Shown here one piece after another: positions 19,409 to 29,065 of a DNA stretch of 64,000 nt. Location of the stretch: the IMG/VR virus record IMGVR_UViG_644736364_000008; one strand, written 5' to 3'. The notes below the pieces were generated by a model. That model was not told the DNA's origin, did not search any database, and worked only from the letters and a program-made list of their open reading frames with translations. The position numbers were made by a program, and so were the translations under genes. Source of the stretch: a virus (lineage: Duplodnaviria > Heunggongvirae > Uroviricota > Caudoviricetes). Each line of letters starts with the position of its first letter. The stretch's first letter is position 1.

Positions 19409-20467
19409 TTACGCTCCGGTTTCTGCTGCTGCGGCGCTGAAGTCGCCAATCTGGATGTTTTCCACCAGTGCGGCGCAGCGGTAGTCCTCAACCACATAGG
19501 CTTCGTTAACGGATTCAAAGTTTTCAATCCGGTCACGTTTCGGGTTGTCGATAACTGAGCGGCGGCGGGTGTCTTCCTGCCAGTAGATGGACAGGTTATC
19601 CAGACGGGTGATCAGCAGTGCATTCGGCGGGAAGAACGGCGCACGCACGGCCTGCAGGCCACCCATGCGTTTCTGACTGATGATCATATCAGCAGCCAGT
19701 TTTTCACTGTTTTCCTGCTCTTTGTTGACCAGCGGGAAATACTTGTCAGACAGCAGTTCACGACCGCAAATCACCACCAGATCGTCATCGTCCTGGTAGA
19801 CCACATCGATAAGCTCATTGACGGCATCCATCACCACGGCGTCCAGGTTGGCATATTCGCCACCTTTCCCGACTTTCACCGCACCCGGTGTGGTTTCACC
19901 GCCCGTGGTGGTGCTGCCCATGACGTGATCCGGTGCATCTTCACGGATTTTCTGCAGCCAGCCTTTGTTCACATCCTGCAGCAGCGGGTTTTCGCTACGG
20001 TTGGAGGTTTTCGCACGCTTCACGCCGTTAAAGCCGATCATGATGCGGTCCAGAGCCTGACGTTTCACGATGGCGTCACGGATGCGCACCTGGAAATCCT
20101 GAAACTTCGCCCACAGGTCCAGCTTCGCGTAGGTCAGCACCGTGTCAAAGTTGGTCTGCTCGCATTTATATTCCACATCGACCATCAGCGTCGGATCGAC
20201 AGGTTCACGCTCTTTCGCGGTGGTGTCAGTGGTTCCGGCAATGGTGCTGCCAACTCCCAGCCCCAGCAGCTGACCGGACTGCTCAGTCACTGGCGTGACG
20301 TTAATCAGCGTCAGGAAAGCGGCGGACTGCTGGATCTGGTCTTCCAGCGTCTGCTGCACAGACGGCTCCACGGTGAACTTGCTGGACAGTTCTTCAACTG
20401 CCACACCGTTCAGACGCGCCAGCTGCTGCAGGTAAGCGTTAAAAGCAAAGCGGGTATTCTTCTTCAT
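19409..20467 (-). CDS. Major capsid protein (P2 gpN-like)
   Basis: 352-aa ORF downstream of scaffold. Confidence 0.9.
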   Translation of the reverse strand: MKKNTRFAFNAYLQQLARLNGVAVEELSSKFTVEPSVQQTLEDQIQQSAAFLTLINVTPVTEQSGQLLGLGVGSTIAGTTDTTAKEREPVDPTLMVDVEYKCEQTNFDTVLTYAKLDLWAKFQDFQVRIRDAIVKRQALDRIMIGFNGVKRAKTSNRSENPLLQDVNKGWLQKIREDAPDHVMGSTTTGGETTPGAVKVGKGGEYANLDAVVMDAVNELIDVVYQDDDDLVVICGRELLSDKYFPLVNKEQENSEKLAADMIISQKRMGGLQAVRAPFFPPNALLITRLDNLSIYWQEDTRRRSVIDNPKRDRIENFESVNEAYVVEDYRCAALVENIQIGDFSAAAAETGA

Positions 20468-20483
20468 CGGGTTTTGTGCTCCA

Positions 20484-21317
20484 TCAGCAATTGGTCAGAG
20501 TGTCAGCGGGGGCGTTACCGCCTGTTGCACGCTGGCGGTAGTCCTGGCGACTGTCTTCATGACTCAGCTTGTCCACCAGTTCGTTAAAGGCGGTTTGCTG
20601 TGCCTGCAGGGCAGTCTCCAGCTCAGACAGGCGTTCTTCCTGCTCAGACAGGGATTTTTCGGTGCGTGCGCTCAGGTTCTGCTGCTCAGTGGCGACCAGC
20701 TCCACGGCCTTATGCACATCAGAGAACCGGGCGTCATCGGACTGCTCTTTTTTGGTAAACAGCGCCGTGACGCGGGCAAACAGGGACGGTTTGTCGTCCT
20801 GGATTTCTTCCAGTTCGATCACCGTTTCCTCTGCAGCGGTAAAGAGATTGGCAGGATTCTGCTTGCGGTTTGCCAGCAGGTTATGGGCTGCACTGGCGCT
20901 GAATGTCAGCATTTCCGTACCCAGACTGGCAGGGTCATCAGTGGCAGCCAGGCCGACCAGATAGGCTTTGCCCGTATCAGCGAACTTCGGGCTGACTTCC
21001 ATAGAGGTGAATAATTTCTGGCCTTTTTTCACCAGTTCCACCAGGGACTCCGTTGGCTCAACGTCGGCATACAGCGCCATCTTGCCTGCCAGCGGACCTT
21101 CCGTGATTTCTTCAGCAAACAGCGCCGTCACCTTGCCGTAGCGGTTAAAGGTGCTGTCCGGCAGATAAGACTTGATGTGCTCAAGGTTAATCAGCGCGGT
21201 ATACACCGCCGGGTTGTAGCTGGCTGCCATCTGTTCCAGCCATTCACGCTGGATTTCGCGTCCGTCGGTGGTGGCACCTTCCACCCCGATGCGAAAACGC
21301 TTTGCTTTCACTGTCAT
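20484..21317 (-). CDS. Capsid scaffolding protein (P2 gpO-like)
   Basis: 277-aa acidic coiled-coil-rich ORF divergent from P. Confidence 0.8.
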   Translation of the reverse strand: MTVKAKRFRIGVEGATTDGREIQREWLEQMAASYNPAVYTALINLEHIKSYLPDSTFNRYGKVTALFAEEITEGPLAGKMALYADVEPTESLVELVKKGQKLFTSMEVSPKFADTGKAYLVGLAATDDPASLGTEMLTFSASAAHNLLANRKQNPANLFTAAEETVIELEEIQDDKPSLFARVTALFTKKEQSDDARFSDVHKAVELVATEQQNLSARTEKSLSEQEERLSELETALQAQQTAFNELVDKLSHEDSRQDYRQRATGGNAPADTLTNC

Positions 21318-21459
21318 GAGCCGTGCTCCGTTAGAAAAAACTTACTGGAGCCTTATGGTTGCGGTGATGGGGGCAGTGAAACAATGCGCGGTATTTGTAC
21401 CGACAACCACACAAACCGCAGGCGGGGAAAGCCTTCATTCAAGGCTGTAGGTTTGTGCC

Positions 21460-23226
21460 ATGAACACCACACTGACACCCGCAGATCTCGATCCCCGTCG
21501 GCAGGCCATGCTGCTGTACTTTCAGGGATACCGCGTAGCCCGCATTGCTGAAATGCTGGGCGAGAAAGTTGCAACCGTTCACAGCTGGAAAAAACGCGAC
21601 AAGTGGGGTGACTATGGGCCGCTGGATCAGATGCAGCTCACCACCGCCGCACGCTACTGCCAGCTCATTATGAAGGAGCACAAAGAAGGGAAAGATTTCA
21701 AAGAGATTGACCTGCTGGCGCGCCAGTCGGAGCGCCATGCGCGGATCGGCAAGTTTAACAATGGCGGCAACGAAGCCGACTTAAACCCTAACGTCGCCAA
21801 CCGCAACAAAGGCCCGCGCCGTCAGCCGGAAAAGAACGTTTTCACCGATGAACAGATTGAGAAGCTGGAAGAAATCTTCCATTCCTCCATGTTCAACTAC
21901 CAGCGCCACTGGTGGGAAGCCGGAAAAACCAACCGCATCCGCAACCTGCTGAAGTCACGCCAGATCGGCGCGACCTTCTATTTTGCCCGTGAAGCCCTGA
22001 TTGACGCCCTGCTAACCGGGCGTAACCAGATTTTCCTTTCCGCCAGCAAGGCTCAGGCCCACGTCTTTAAGCAGTACATCATCGACTTCGCCAAAGAAGT
22101 GGAGGTGGAGCTGAAAGGCGATCCGATGGTGCTTCCTAACGGGGCCACGCTGTACTTCCTCGGCACCAATGCCCGCACGGCCCAGAGTTACCACGGCAAC
22201 CTGTATCTGGATGAATATTTCTGGATACCGAAATTCCAGGAGCTGCGCAAAGTGGCTTCCGGTATGGCTATTCACAAAAAATGGCGACAAACCTATTTTT
22301 CCACGCCATCCAGCCTGACACACAGTGCTTATCCGTTCTGGTCCGGTGCGCTGTTCAACCGAGGGCGCAACAAAGCCGATAAGGTGGACATCGACCTGTC
22401 CCACAGCAATCTGGCCCCCGGCCTGCTGTGCGCAGACGGGCAGTACCGCCAGATAGTCACTGTGGAAGATGCGGTGCGCGGCGGCTGTAACCTGTTCGAC
22501 CTCGACCAGTTGCGCATGGAGTACAGCCCGGACGAATACCAGAACCTGCTGATGTGTGAGTTCGTGGACGATCTCGCGTCTGTGTTCCCACTCAGCGAGC
22601 TGCAGGCGTGCATGGTGGACAGTTGGGAAGTCTGGACCGACTTTCATGCACTGGCCCTGCGCCCGTTTGGCTGGCGCGAAGTGTGGATCGGATATGACCC
22701 GGCGAAAGGTACGCAGAACGGCGACAGCGCCGGATGCGTGGTGGTGGCGCCGCCAGCCGTGCCGGGCGGTAAGTTCCGCATTCTTGAGCGTCACCAGTGG
22801 CGCGGAATGGACTTCCGCGCCCAGGCTGACGCCATCAAAAAACTGACCGAACAGTACAACGTGACCTATATCGGTATCGACTCAACCGGCGTTGGTCACG
22901 GGGTTTACGAGAACGTGAAAGCGTTTTTTCCTGCCGTCCGGGAGTTTGTCTACAACCCCAACGTTAAAAACGCCCTGGTACTCAAGGCCTACGACATTAT
23001 CAGCCACCGCCGTCTGGAGTTTGACGCCGGACACACCGACATAGCGCAGTCCTTTATGGCAATCCGCCGCGCCACCACCGCCAGTGGCAACCGCCCGACC
23101 TATGAAGCCAGCCGCAGCGAAGAAGCCAGCCACGCCGATCTGGCCTGGGCAACGATGCACGCACTGTTTAACGAACCGCTGCAGGGCGAATCCGCCAATA
23201 CCAGCAATATTGTGGAGATTTTTTGA
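21460..23226 (+). CDS. Terminase large (ATPase) subunit (P2 gpP-like)
   Basis: 588-aa ORF divergent from O, upstream of portal. Confidence 0.9.
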   Translation: MNTTLTPADLDPRRQAMLLYFQGYRVARIAEMLGEKVATVHSWKKRDKWGDYGPLDQMQLTTAARYCQLIMKEHKEGKDFKEIDLLARQSERHARIGKFNNGGNEADLNPNVANRNKGPRRQPEKNVFTDEQIEKLEEIFHSSMFNYQRHWWEAGKTNRIRNLLKSRQIGATFYFAREALIDALLTGRNQIFLSASKAQAHVFKQYIIDFAKEVEVELKGDPMVLPNGATLYFLGTNARTAQSYHGNLYLDEYFWIPKFQELRKVASGMAIHKKWRQTYFSTPSSLTHSAYPFWSGALFNRGRNKADKVDIDLSHSNLAPGLLCADGQYRQIVTVEDAVRGGCNLFDLDQLRMEYSPDEYQNLLMCEFVDDLASVFPLSELQACMVDSWEVWTDFHALALRPFGWREVWIGYDPAKGTQNGDSAGCVVVAPPAVPGGKFRILERHQWRGMDFRAQADAIKKLTEQYNVTYIGIDSTGVGHGVYENVKAFFPAVREFVYNPNVKNALVLKAYDIISHRRLEFDAGHTDIAQSFMAIRRATTASGNRPTYEASRSEEASHADLAWATMHALFNEPLQGESANTSNIVEIF

Positions 23227-24260
23227 TGGGAAAGAGTAAGAAGAACCGCGCTGCGGCGACGAAACAGATCCAGCTTAAAAGTCAAACTACAGCCGAAGCA
23301 TTCAGCTTCGGCGATCCCGTTCCTGTTCTGGACCGCCGAGAACTGCTGGATTATGTGGAATGCGTACAGATGGACCGCTGGTATGAGCCGCCCGTCAGCT
23401 TTGACGGACTGGCGCGCACCTTCCGCGCTGCCGTTCATCATAGTTCCCCGATTGCAGTAAAGTGCAACATTCTGACCAGCACCTACATCCCTCACCCGCT
23501 GCTCAGCCAGCAGGCTTTTTCGCGTTTTGTGCAGGACTATCTGGTATTTGGTAACGCCTACCTGGAGAAACGCACGAACCGCTTCGGTGAAGTTATCGCC
23601 CTTGAACCTGCCTTGGCAAAATACACCCGACGCGGGTTAGACCTGGATACCTACTGGTTTGTGCAATACGGTATGACCACGCAGCCATATCAGTTCACGA
23701 AAGGCAGCATCTTTCATCTGATGGAACCGGACATCAACCAGGAGATCTACGGCCTGCCCGGTTATCTTTCTGCTATTCCATCCGCCCTGCTCAACGAGTC
23801 TGCCACGCTGTTCCGCCGCAAGTATTACATTAACGGCAGTCATGCAGGCTTCATCATGTATATGACCGACGCCGCGCAGAACCAGGAAGATGTGAACAAC
23901 CTCCGCAACGCGATGAAAAGCGCCAAAGGCCCTGGCAACTTCCGCAACCTGTTTATGTACTCGCCTAACGGCAAAAAGGACGGGCTTCAGATCATCCCGT
24001 TGTCAGAAGTCGCAGCGAAAGATGAATTTCTGAACATCAAGAACGTGAGCCGGGACGACATGATGGCTGCACACCGCGTACCGCCTCAGATGATGGGAAT
24101 TTTGCCGAATAATGTTGGGGGGTTTGGGGATGTGGAGAAGGCAAGTCGGGTATTTGTTCGTAATGAATTAATACCTTTGCAAAAACGTTTCGAAGAATTA
24201 AATTTATGGCTAAAAAATAATATTATTACATTCAAAGAATATCAACTATCCCTAGACTAA
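23223..24260 (+). CDS. Portal protein (P2 gpQ-like)
   Basis: 345-aa ORF overlapping P stop by 4 bp, adjacent to the cos region. Confidence 0.9.
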   Translation: MMGKSKKNRAAATKQIQLKSQTTAEAFSFGDPVPVLDRRELLDYVECVQMDRWYEPPVSFDGLARTFRAAVHHSSPIAVKCNILTSTYIPHPLLSQQAFSRFVQDYLVFGNAYLEKRTNRFGEVIALEPALAKYTRRGLDLDTYWFVQYGMTTQPYQFTKGSIFHLMEPDINQEIYGLPGYLSAIPSALLNESATLFRRKYYINGSHAGFIMYMTDAAQNQEDVNNLRNAMKSAKGPGNFRNLFMYSPNGKKDGLQIIPLSEVAAKDEFLNIKNVSRDDMMAAHRVPPQMMGILPNNVGGFGDVEKASRVFVRNELIPLQKRFEELNLWLKNNIITFKEYQLSLD

Positions 24261-24265
24261 TTAAT

Positions 24266-24288
24266 AACCACCTCTATGAGGTGGTTAA
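24266..24288. terminator. Hairpin terminator between Q and the convergent 469-aa cargo gene
   Basis: AACCACCTC-TATG-AGGTGGTT stem-loop. Confidence 0.5.
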
Positions 24289-24307
24289 CAAGAATAAACC
24301 TAATTAA

Positions 24308-25717
24308 TTACTCATCTACTCTGATTTTTTGTTTTTTATTATTTTGAGTTAAGACATTTATGGTAATAGATGTATACGGATGAAAGTCAGGCACTATACT
24401 TTTAACCTCTCCATTTTCAAGAAAATGATGTGCTATTGAAGGAAATAAATCAGGATCTACAGGATATTTAGCATTAGGATTATGATACATATTTAAACCT
24501 TCTGCCCATGTTTCTGTAATATCGCCTTCTTTCACTTCAAAACTAAATGCTGCTGGATATAATGCCTCTGGGTCATGATCATGGCAGTAACCACTCCTAA
24601 ATAATCTAAGGTCACTTCTTCCAAAACCAGCCAGTTTTCCCATCCGATTAAACTTCGATATAGTACCACTATTAGAACTAAGGACGGCCGAAATATTTTC
24701 AGACTCATCCAAGAAGAAAAAGCCTGAAGGAATTTCCTTTTTCTCAAATTGATGCGATATAATTTTCTTAGTTGCTAAACTGTAACATCCATCTTCAGAT
24801 TTAACATGCTCATAGCGAATACCATAAAGATACTGCCAAAGTGCACTATGGGACCAAATCATAGAGTTTGGTTCATGAAAATCAGCAATTGCGAAAATTA
24901 AAGGATTCCCCTTAACATGTTCTAGATCCCAGTATCGAGTTTTCTTTTTCAGTTTAGAATAGAGAGAACTTCCAAATTTAATCGGCATATAATTCTCTAT
25001 TTTCTCTAGCAATTCTTCCTTACTTTTAGGTTCAGATAGCATTTCAGATGATTGATTAATATCATTCCCTGTTGGATTAACCGTTACAGCTTCAATGCAA
25101 ATAGTATTACCATACTTACGTGCCACATAATCAGGGGCATTAAACTGCCTATCTAGCCAAAAGTGTTCCTCTCGTAAATATGCGAAAAGATATAACTCCC
25201 ATAGCCGGGCATCAAAACCTGTTGTCTGAAACTGCTCTATAAAATTCCCGTCGACATCCTCAAAATGATTCATCATTTCCTTGATTATCCCTGTTGCAGG
25301 CGACCAGTTCGCATATTTACCAAATAATGAAAAATGATGATGAAGTTTATCTGGTGTAACTATAGGTGTGAATAAATCCATTGCTTTATAAGTTTCATCA
25401 CCTTGTGGAAATACTTTTACGTTTAATTTAGTATGCTTCCGCATTAATTTCTTTAGTTTTGCTCGTGCAGAATTCATTTCTGAAACACTAGTAAATAGGT
25501 CAATACATCTATATCTCCCACTTAAGTCTCTTGCTAAAACAATACCGCTATAATCTTCATCGATTTGATCCAATAATAGTGCCCCTAGCAGGAACTCTCT
25601 CGGACTACAGTACCACTCAAACTCATAGCCTAAAAGTTCAGTATTTGGCATTCTGGTCCAATCAACAAAAGCATTAAACCTCTCTTTACTCATTTTTTTT
25701 ATATCAAGAAAAGACAT
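24308..25717 (-). CDS. Hypothetical cargo protein, 469 aa (no recognisable motif)
   Basis: Low-GC ORF between portal gene Q and cos; no P-loop or nuclease motif detectable by eye. Confidence 0.6.
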   Translation of the reverse strand: MSFLDIKKMSKERFNAFVDWTRMPNTELLGYEFEWYCSPREFLLGALLLDQIDEDYSGIVLARDLSGRYRCIDLFTSVSEMNSARAKLKKLMRKHTKLNVKVFPQGDETYKAMDLFTPIVTPDKLHHHFSLFGKYANWSPATGIIKEMMNHFEDVDGNFIEQFQTTGFDARLWELYLFAYLREEHFWLDRQFNAPDYVARKYGNTICIEAVTVNPTGNDINQSSEMLSEPKSKEELLEKIENYMPIKFGSSLYSKLKKKTRYWDLEHVKGNPLIFAIADFHEPNSMIWSHSALWQYLYGIRYEHVKSEDGCYSLATKKIISHQFEKKEIPSGFFFLDESENISAVLSSNSGTISKFNRMGKLAGFGRSDLRLFRSGYCHDHDPEALYPAAFSFEVKEGDITETWAEGLNMYHNPNAKYPVDPDLFPSIAHHFLENGEVKSIVPDFHPYTSITINVLTQNNKKQKIRVDE

Positions 25718-25815
25718 CTTTCTACCTCATCACGAAAAAATATTTTTTCCTAAAAAGACTTAAGTTAGCTTAATCTATTGATAAAAAAAAGCTAAGTAAC
25801 GACCAAATACGCGCG

Positions 25816-25834
25816 CTCGTATCCCCGCCACGCC
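25816..25834. other. Putative cos site (cohesive end)
   Basis: Reverse complement reads GGCGTGGCGGGGATACGAG, closely resembling the P2 cohesive end GGCGAGGCGGGGAAAGCAC as I recall it; located between Q side and A side as in P2. Confidence 0.5.
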
Positions 25835-26038
25835 TGCCCGCTTTATGTAGTGGTTTTCATGCACCTGCATGATCTACGCAAAAGCCCGCCAGTTCTGGCG
25901 GGCCTTAGCAAAAACGATCCTCAAACGATCATGCGATCTCATGCGGCATAGACATGCACTACAGAGCTAACGCCTCGCAAGGGCTCGTTGTTCAACCTTG
26001 CTGACGCCAGAAGCAAGTTCAGACGCCAGCAACGTTTC

Positions 26039-26272
26039 TTAATGCAGCCAGCTGTCGTCTTCCCACACCTTCTGCATAATTTTCATCACTTGTTTTCTTT
26101 CTTCGTCCAGTTGCAGTCCGGTTAGTTCCACACCGTTAGAGCTACCTTTGCGAATGCGAATTACCGTTTTGGGATACAGGGGGCGCAGATTGCGGTAAAG
26201 CTCGGATTCAAGGGCGTCCAGGGTAGACTGGCTAATCTTCTGCTCTTTATCGATCATTATTTCAATGCGCAT
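26039..26272 (-). CDS. DinI-family protein
   Basis: MRIEIMIDKEQKISQSTLDALESEL...DSWLH resembles DinI (MRIEVTIAK...); start taken at internal Met of the 101-aa ORF. Confidence 0.65.
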   Translation of the reverse strand: MRIEIMIDKEQKISQSTLDALESELYRNLRPLYPKTVIRIRKGSSNGVELTGLQLDEERKQVMKIMQKVWEDDSWLH

Positions 26273-26282
26273 AAAAGTCACC

Positions 26283-26471
26283 TCAGCTGATGACATCCAT
26301 TGAGCGGTTGTATTCGTGGGTTCTGATTTTTGCCATGAGTTCATCAGTCAATTCAGAAACCCACTGCAGAGCCAGCCCCTTCTCTTCATCACTACACTCA
26401 CTAGCCGCTACAAGCTTAAGAAAAAAATCAATGCGCTGGAGCTTCAAAGACTCCAAAAAATAGTCCTGCAT
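26283..26471 (-). CDS. Small SOS-regulated protein (62 aa), possible antirepressor
   Basis: Internal ATG preceded by AGGAGG RBS; LexA box 45 bp upstream; upstream of dinI-like gene. Confidence 0.5.
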   Translation of the reverse strand: MQDYFLESLKLQRIDFFLKLVAASECSDEEKGLALQWVSELTDELMAKIRTHEYNRSMDVIS

Positions 26472-26512
26472 CTTTCCTCCTATGACACCACACGCAATGC
26501 TGTATGCATAAC

Positions 26513-26532
26513 CACTGTTTATATTTACAGTA
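26513..26532 (-). promoter_or_regulatory. LexA (SOS) box
   Basis: CACTGTTTATATTTACAGTA matches the CTGT-N8-ACAG consensus (TACTGTATATATATACAGTA); overlaps a promoter-like AT-rich region. Confidence 0.6.
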
Positions 26533-26624
26533 TATAATAATCTTACTGATGTAAAACGATTTTTTACGTTCATCAGCCTGATATGCCTGGTATTATTAAG
26601 AGCACGAATTGTTAACCCGCGTAA

Positions 26625-26981
26625 TTAATACAGGTTCCGCCACTGATCATCTTCCTGCAAACGCTGGTTCCGATAGAAGATACGCAGGCCTGCTCCTGAC
26701 GGAATACTGCCTCCGCGAAGGAGTAAATCGACCTCTTTCTCGCTGCCATCAAATCCTCTGGACTTCAGCTCATACACGAGCTGCAGTCGCTGATGGTCTG
26801 TAATTCGCTGTTTGTAGTCTTTACGCCGTTTCGGTTTCACCAGGCGTAACCTTGCTGCCAGTTCCCGGCGCTCTTTTTTGCTCATACTGTGCAGGTAATC
26901 GTGCAACTCCTTGTCATCCATGCTGGTAATGTCCGTTCTGGGGTCCCCATCAGCTGATTTATCTTTCTCCTGTTGGTTCAA
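26625..26981 (-). CDS. 118-aa ORF, possibly the displaced C-terminal part of replication protein A
   Basis: Begins at a TTG right at the A stop; becomes in-frame with A if one copy of the 26-bp tandem repeat is removed. Confidence 0.45.
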   Translation of the reverse strand: MNQQEKDKSADGDPRTDITSMDDKELHDYLHSMSKKERRELAARLRLVKPKRRKDYKQRITDHQRLQLVYELKSRGFDGSEKEVDLLLRGGSIPSGAGLRIFYRNQRLQEDDQWRNLY

Positions 26982-29065
26982 ATTTTCAGCAAGGGGACAG
27001 TTATTGCCACGAGTCCAAGGGGACAGTTATTGCCACGAGTCCAAGGGGCGCAAGCGCCCTGGTCGGCTGCCGCCTCCTGAATGTCAACGGCCTTACGAAC
27101 CATTTTCCACTTCACCGCATGAGTGCAGATCTTGCCCTCTGCAATGGGTGACCAGATGCCATAAATACGAATACCGTGATCGCCATAGGCGGTCGGCTCT
27201 TCGTTGATTTCATAAGCGGTTCTGATGAGGTGATATTTGCGGGGAACCAGTACGCCGCCCTGCTTCATGATGTAGGTGGCAAAACAACCAGCATCAGCAG
27301 CGGCTAGGATGGCATCAAGGCGCGGGTTATCCAGTACCGGCGCACCTGCTTTTTTGTCCCCCTGTTGCCTTGCCGCCTGACCAGCCAGCAATCGCAGTTC
27401 ACGGTAAGCCTGACGCCCCGGAATGCCAAAGAAGCGGAATTGCTGAACACGATGCAGAGACGCCCAGGCATTAACGTATTCAGCGTTATCACGCAGGGAT
27501 TTACCCGTTTCCTTGCTGATCTCGCCAGCCAGACCACGCCCGTCAATGTTCTTACTGATGTATTTCGCGATGTAGCTTGTTGGCGTACCTTTGCGCGGGT
27601 TTATCAGCTCAGACTTAAAGCGTGGTTCCGTGTTATTACCCAGCTCCTCGCGGTCTTCACGAATGGCAAACTTACGCAACAAAGCAGTAATGGCGCGGCG
27701 ATCTTTTTTGCGCATAAAACACAACAGGTGCCAGTGAACTGTACCGTCATGATGCGGCTCAGCCACCCGCACGCCATACCAGCGTAATCCGGCTTTGTGC
27801 ATCGCCTTACGAAATGCAGCAAACATACCGACCAGATAATCACTGCTTTGTCTTACCGTCGCATTTGTCCAGGTCGGGTTGGGCCTGCCGTTATTTAGCG
27901 TGGAATGGAAACGTGACGGACAGGTGATGGTGTAGAAAACGGCGCAGTCACCGCGCATTTCCGCGATAAGCTCCAGACCTTTAACACAGGCCATCATCTC
28001 ATTGCGGCGATGCGCAGGGTTGCTGCTGCTGGCGTTTACCACGTCTTCCATATCCAGCGTGTCGCCGTCTTCGTTCACCAGTTCATGAGAACGGAAAAAC
28101 TCCAGCGACTTACGGCGCTGCTCACGTTTATGCATCACGGCTTCATAGCTGACATAGGGAGATGCTTTTTTGCTGACCAGGCAAACAGCACGCAACTGCT
28201 CTTCCCGCCATTCGCAACGCATCTTCCATAATTTCCGATACCACCAGTCGGCGCATAACATACGCGCCAGCGAACCCGGAATGAGTTCATAAGGCACGGG
28301 TTTACGGCGGTTTCTTTTCCGACGGAGTTGCTCAAACGCAGGCGGGATAACATCCAGACGCAGGGTTTCCGCTGCCACCTTTTCCCATGTTTTGCGGATT
28401 TCTTCTGGCTTAATGTCATCGGTGGCATACAAATCACCACAAGCTGCATCAAGGCACATGCTCATATGCGCGGCGACAAGGGTAGACAGGCGCTTCACCT
28501 GATCCTGACTCATTTCAGGCAGGATCAGCAGGCCGTCCAGCCCTTCATGGCTTGCCATAAAGCGAAAAGAAGTGGATAGCTGACAGTCGCGTACATGCTC
28601 CAGTCGTTCCAGACATGGCTTAATCGTCTCACGCAAATAGCGGGAATAAGCCTTTGGCCTGCCCAGGCTGCTGAAGTATTCAATACGTTGCATCAGCGGC
28701 TTGCTGATATGGGAAGGCTGGGCGTTAACGTCCGCCAGAATGACCATGTCTGGATTAAAACGCTGCTGCTCATGCGCCAGCTTTGCCCGGCTAATGAGCT
28801 TATCCTGCTCCATTTCGCGTTGGACAGGATCACGGGATTCATTAAAGAAATAACGCTCCCAGGCCTGATCACTCAGTGCCTCGCGGCGCAGCTGTTCCTG
28901 CTCGTTATCGGCAGCGTACAGAGTGATCAGGTTTGAAAGCGCAGAAACCGGCGCGACTTCCGCCGGGTCCAGATAAGGGTTAATGGCCTTTTTCGGGCTG
29001 TTCCATGAGAACGCTGCGGCAGCCTCGTTAAAGCCGCAGCAGTTGTTCATATCGGCATGACTCAT
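26978..29065 (-). CDS. Replication initiation endonuclease A (rolling-circle, P2 gpA-like)
   Basis: 695-aa ORF containing the YIAKYISK active-site tyrosine pair. Confidence 0.85.
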   Translation of the reverse strand: MSHADMNNCCGFNEAAAAFSWNSPKKAINPYLDPAEVAPVSALSNLITLYAADNEQEQLRREALSDQAWERYFFNESRDPVQREMEQDKLISRAKLAHEQQRFNPDMVILADVNAQPSHISKPLMQRIEYFSSLGRPKAYSRYLRETIKPCLERLEHVRDCQLSTSFRFMASHEGLDGLLILPEMSQDQVKRLSTLVAAHMSMCLDAACGDLYATDDIKPEEIRKTWEKVAAETLRLDVIPPAFEQLRRKRNRRKPVPYELIPGSLARMLCADWWYRKLWKMRCEWREEQLRAVCLVSKKASPYVSYEAVMHKREQRRKSLEFFRSHELVNEDGDTLDMEDVVNASSSNPAHRRNEMMACVKGLELIAEMRGDCAVFYTITCPSRFHSTLNNGRPNPTWTNATVRQSSDYLVGMFAAFRKAMHKAGLRWYGVRVAEPHHDGTVHWHLLCFMRKKDRRAITALLRKFAIREDREELGNNTEPRFKSELINPRKGTPTSYIAKYISKNIDGRGLAGEISKETGKSLRDNAEYVNAWASLHRVQQFRFFGIPGRQAYRELRLLAGQAARQQGDKKAGAPVLDNPRLDAILAAADAGCFATYIMKQGGVLVPRKYHLIRTAYEINEEPTAYGDHGIRIYGIWSPIAEGKICTHAVKWKMVRKAVDIQEAAADQGACAPWTRGNNCPLGLVAITVPLLKI
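26991..27048. repeat. Perfect 26-bp tandem duplication (2.2 copies) at the 3' end of gene A
   Basis: AAGGGGACAGTTATTGCCACGAGTCC repeated head-to-tail, then AAGGGG. Confidence 0.85.

Noticed and set aside
22012-22794. 260-aa minus-strand ORF inside the terminase large subunit gene P
   Set aside because: Antisense to a well-supported gene; no RBS or motif; typical spurious long ORF in high-GC coding DNA.
26991-27048. Possible CRISPR array suggested by the perfect 26-bp repeats
   Set aside because: Repeats are directly adjacent with no spacers, only 2.2 copies, inside a coding region and with no cas genes; this is a tandem duplication, not a CRISPR.
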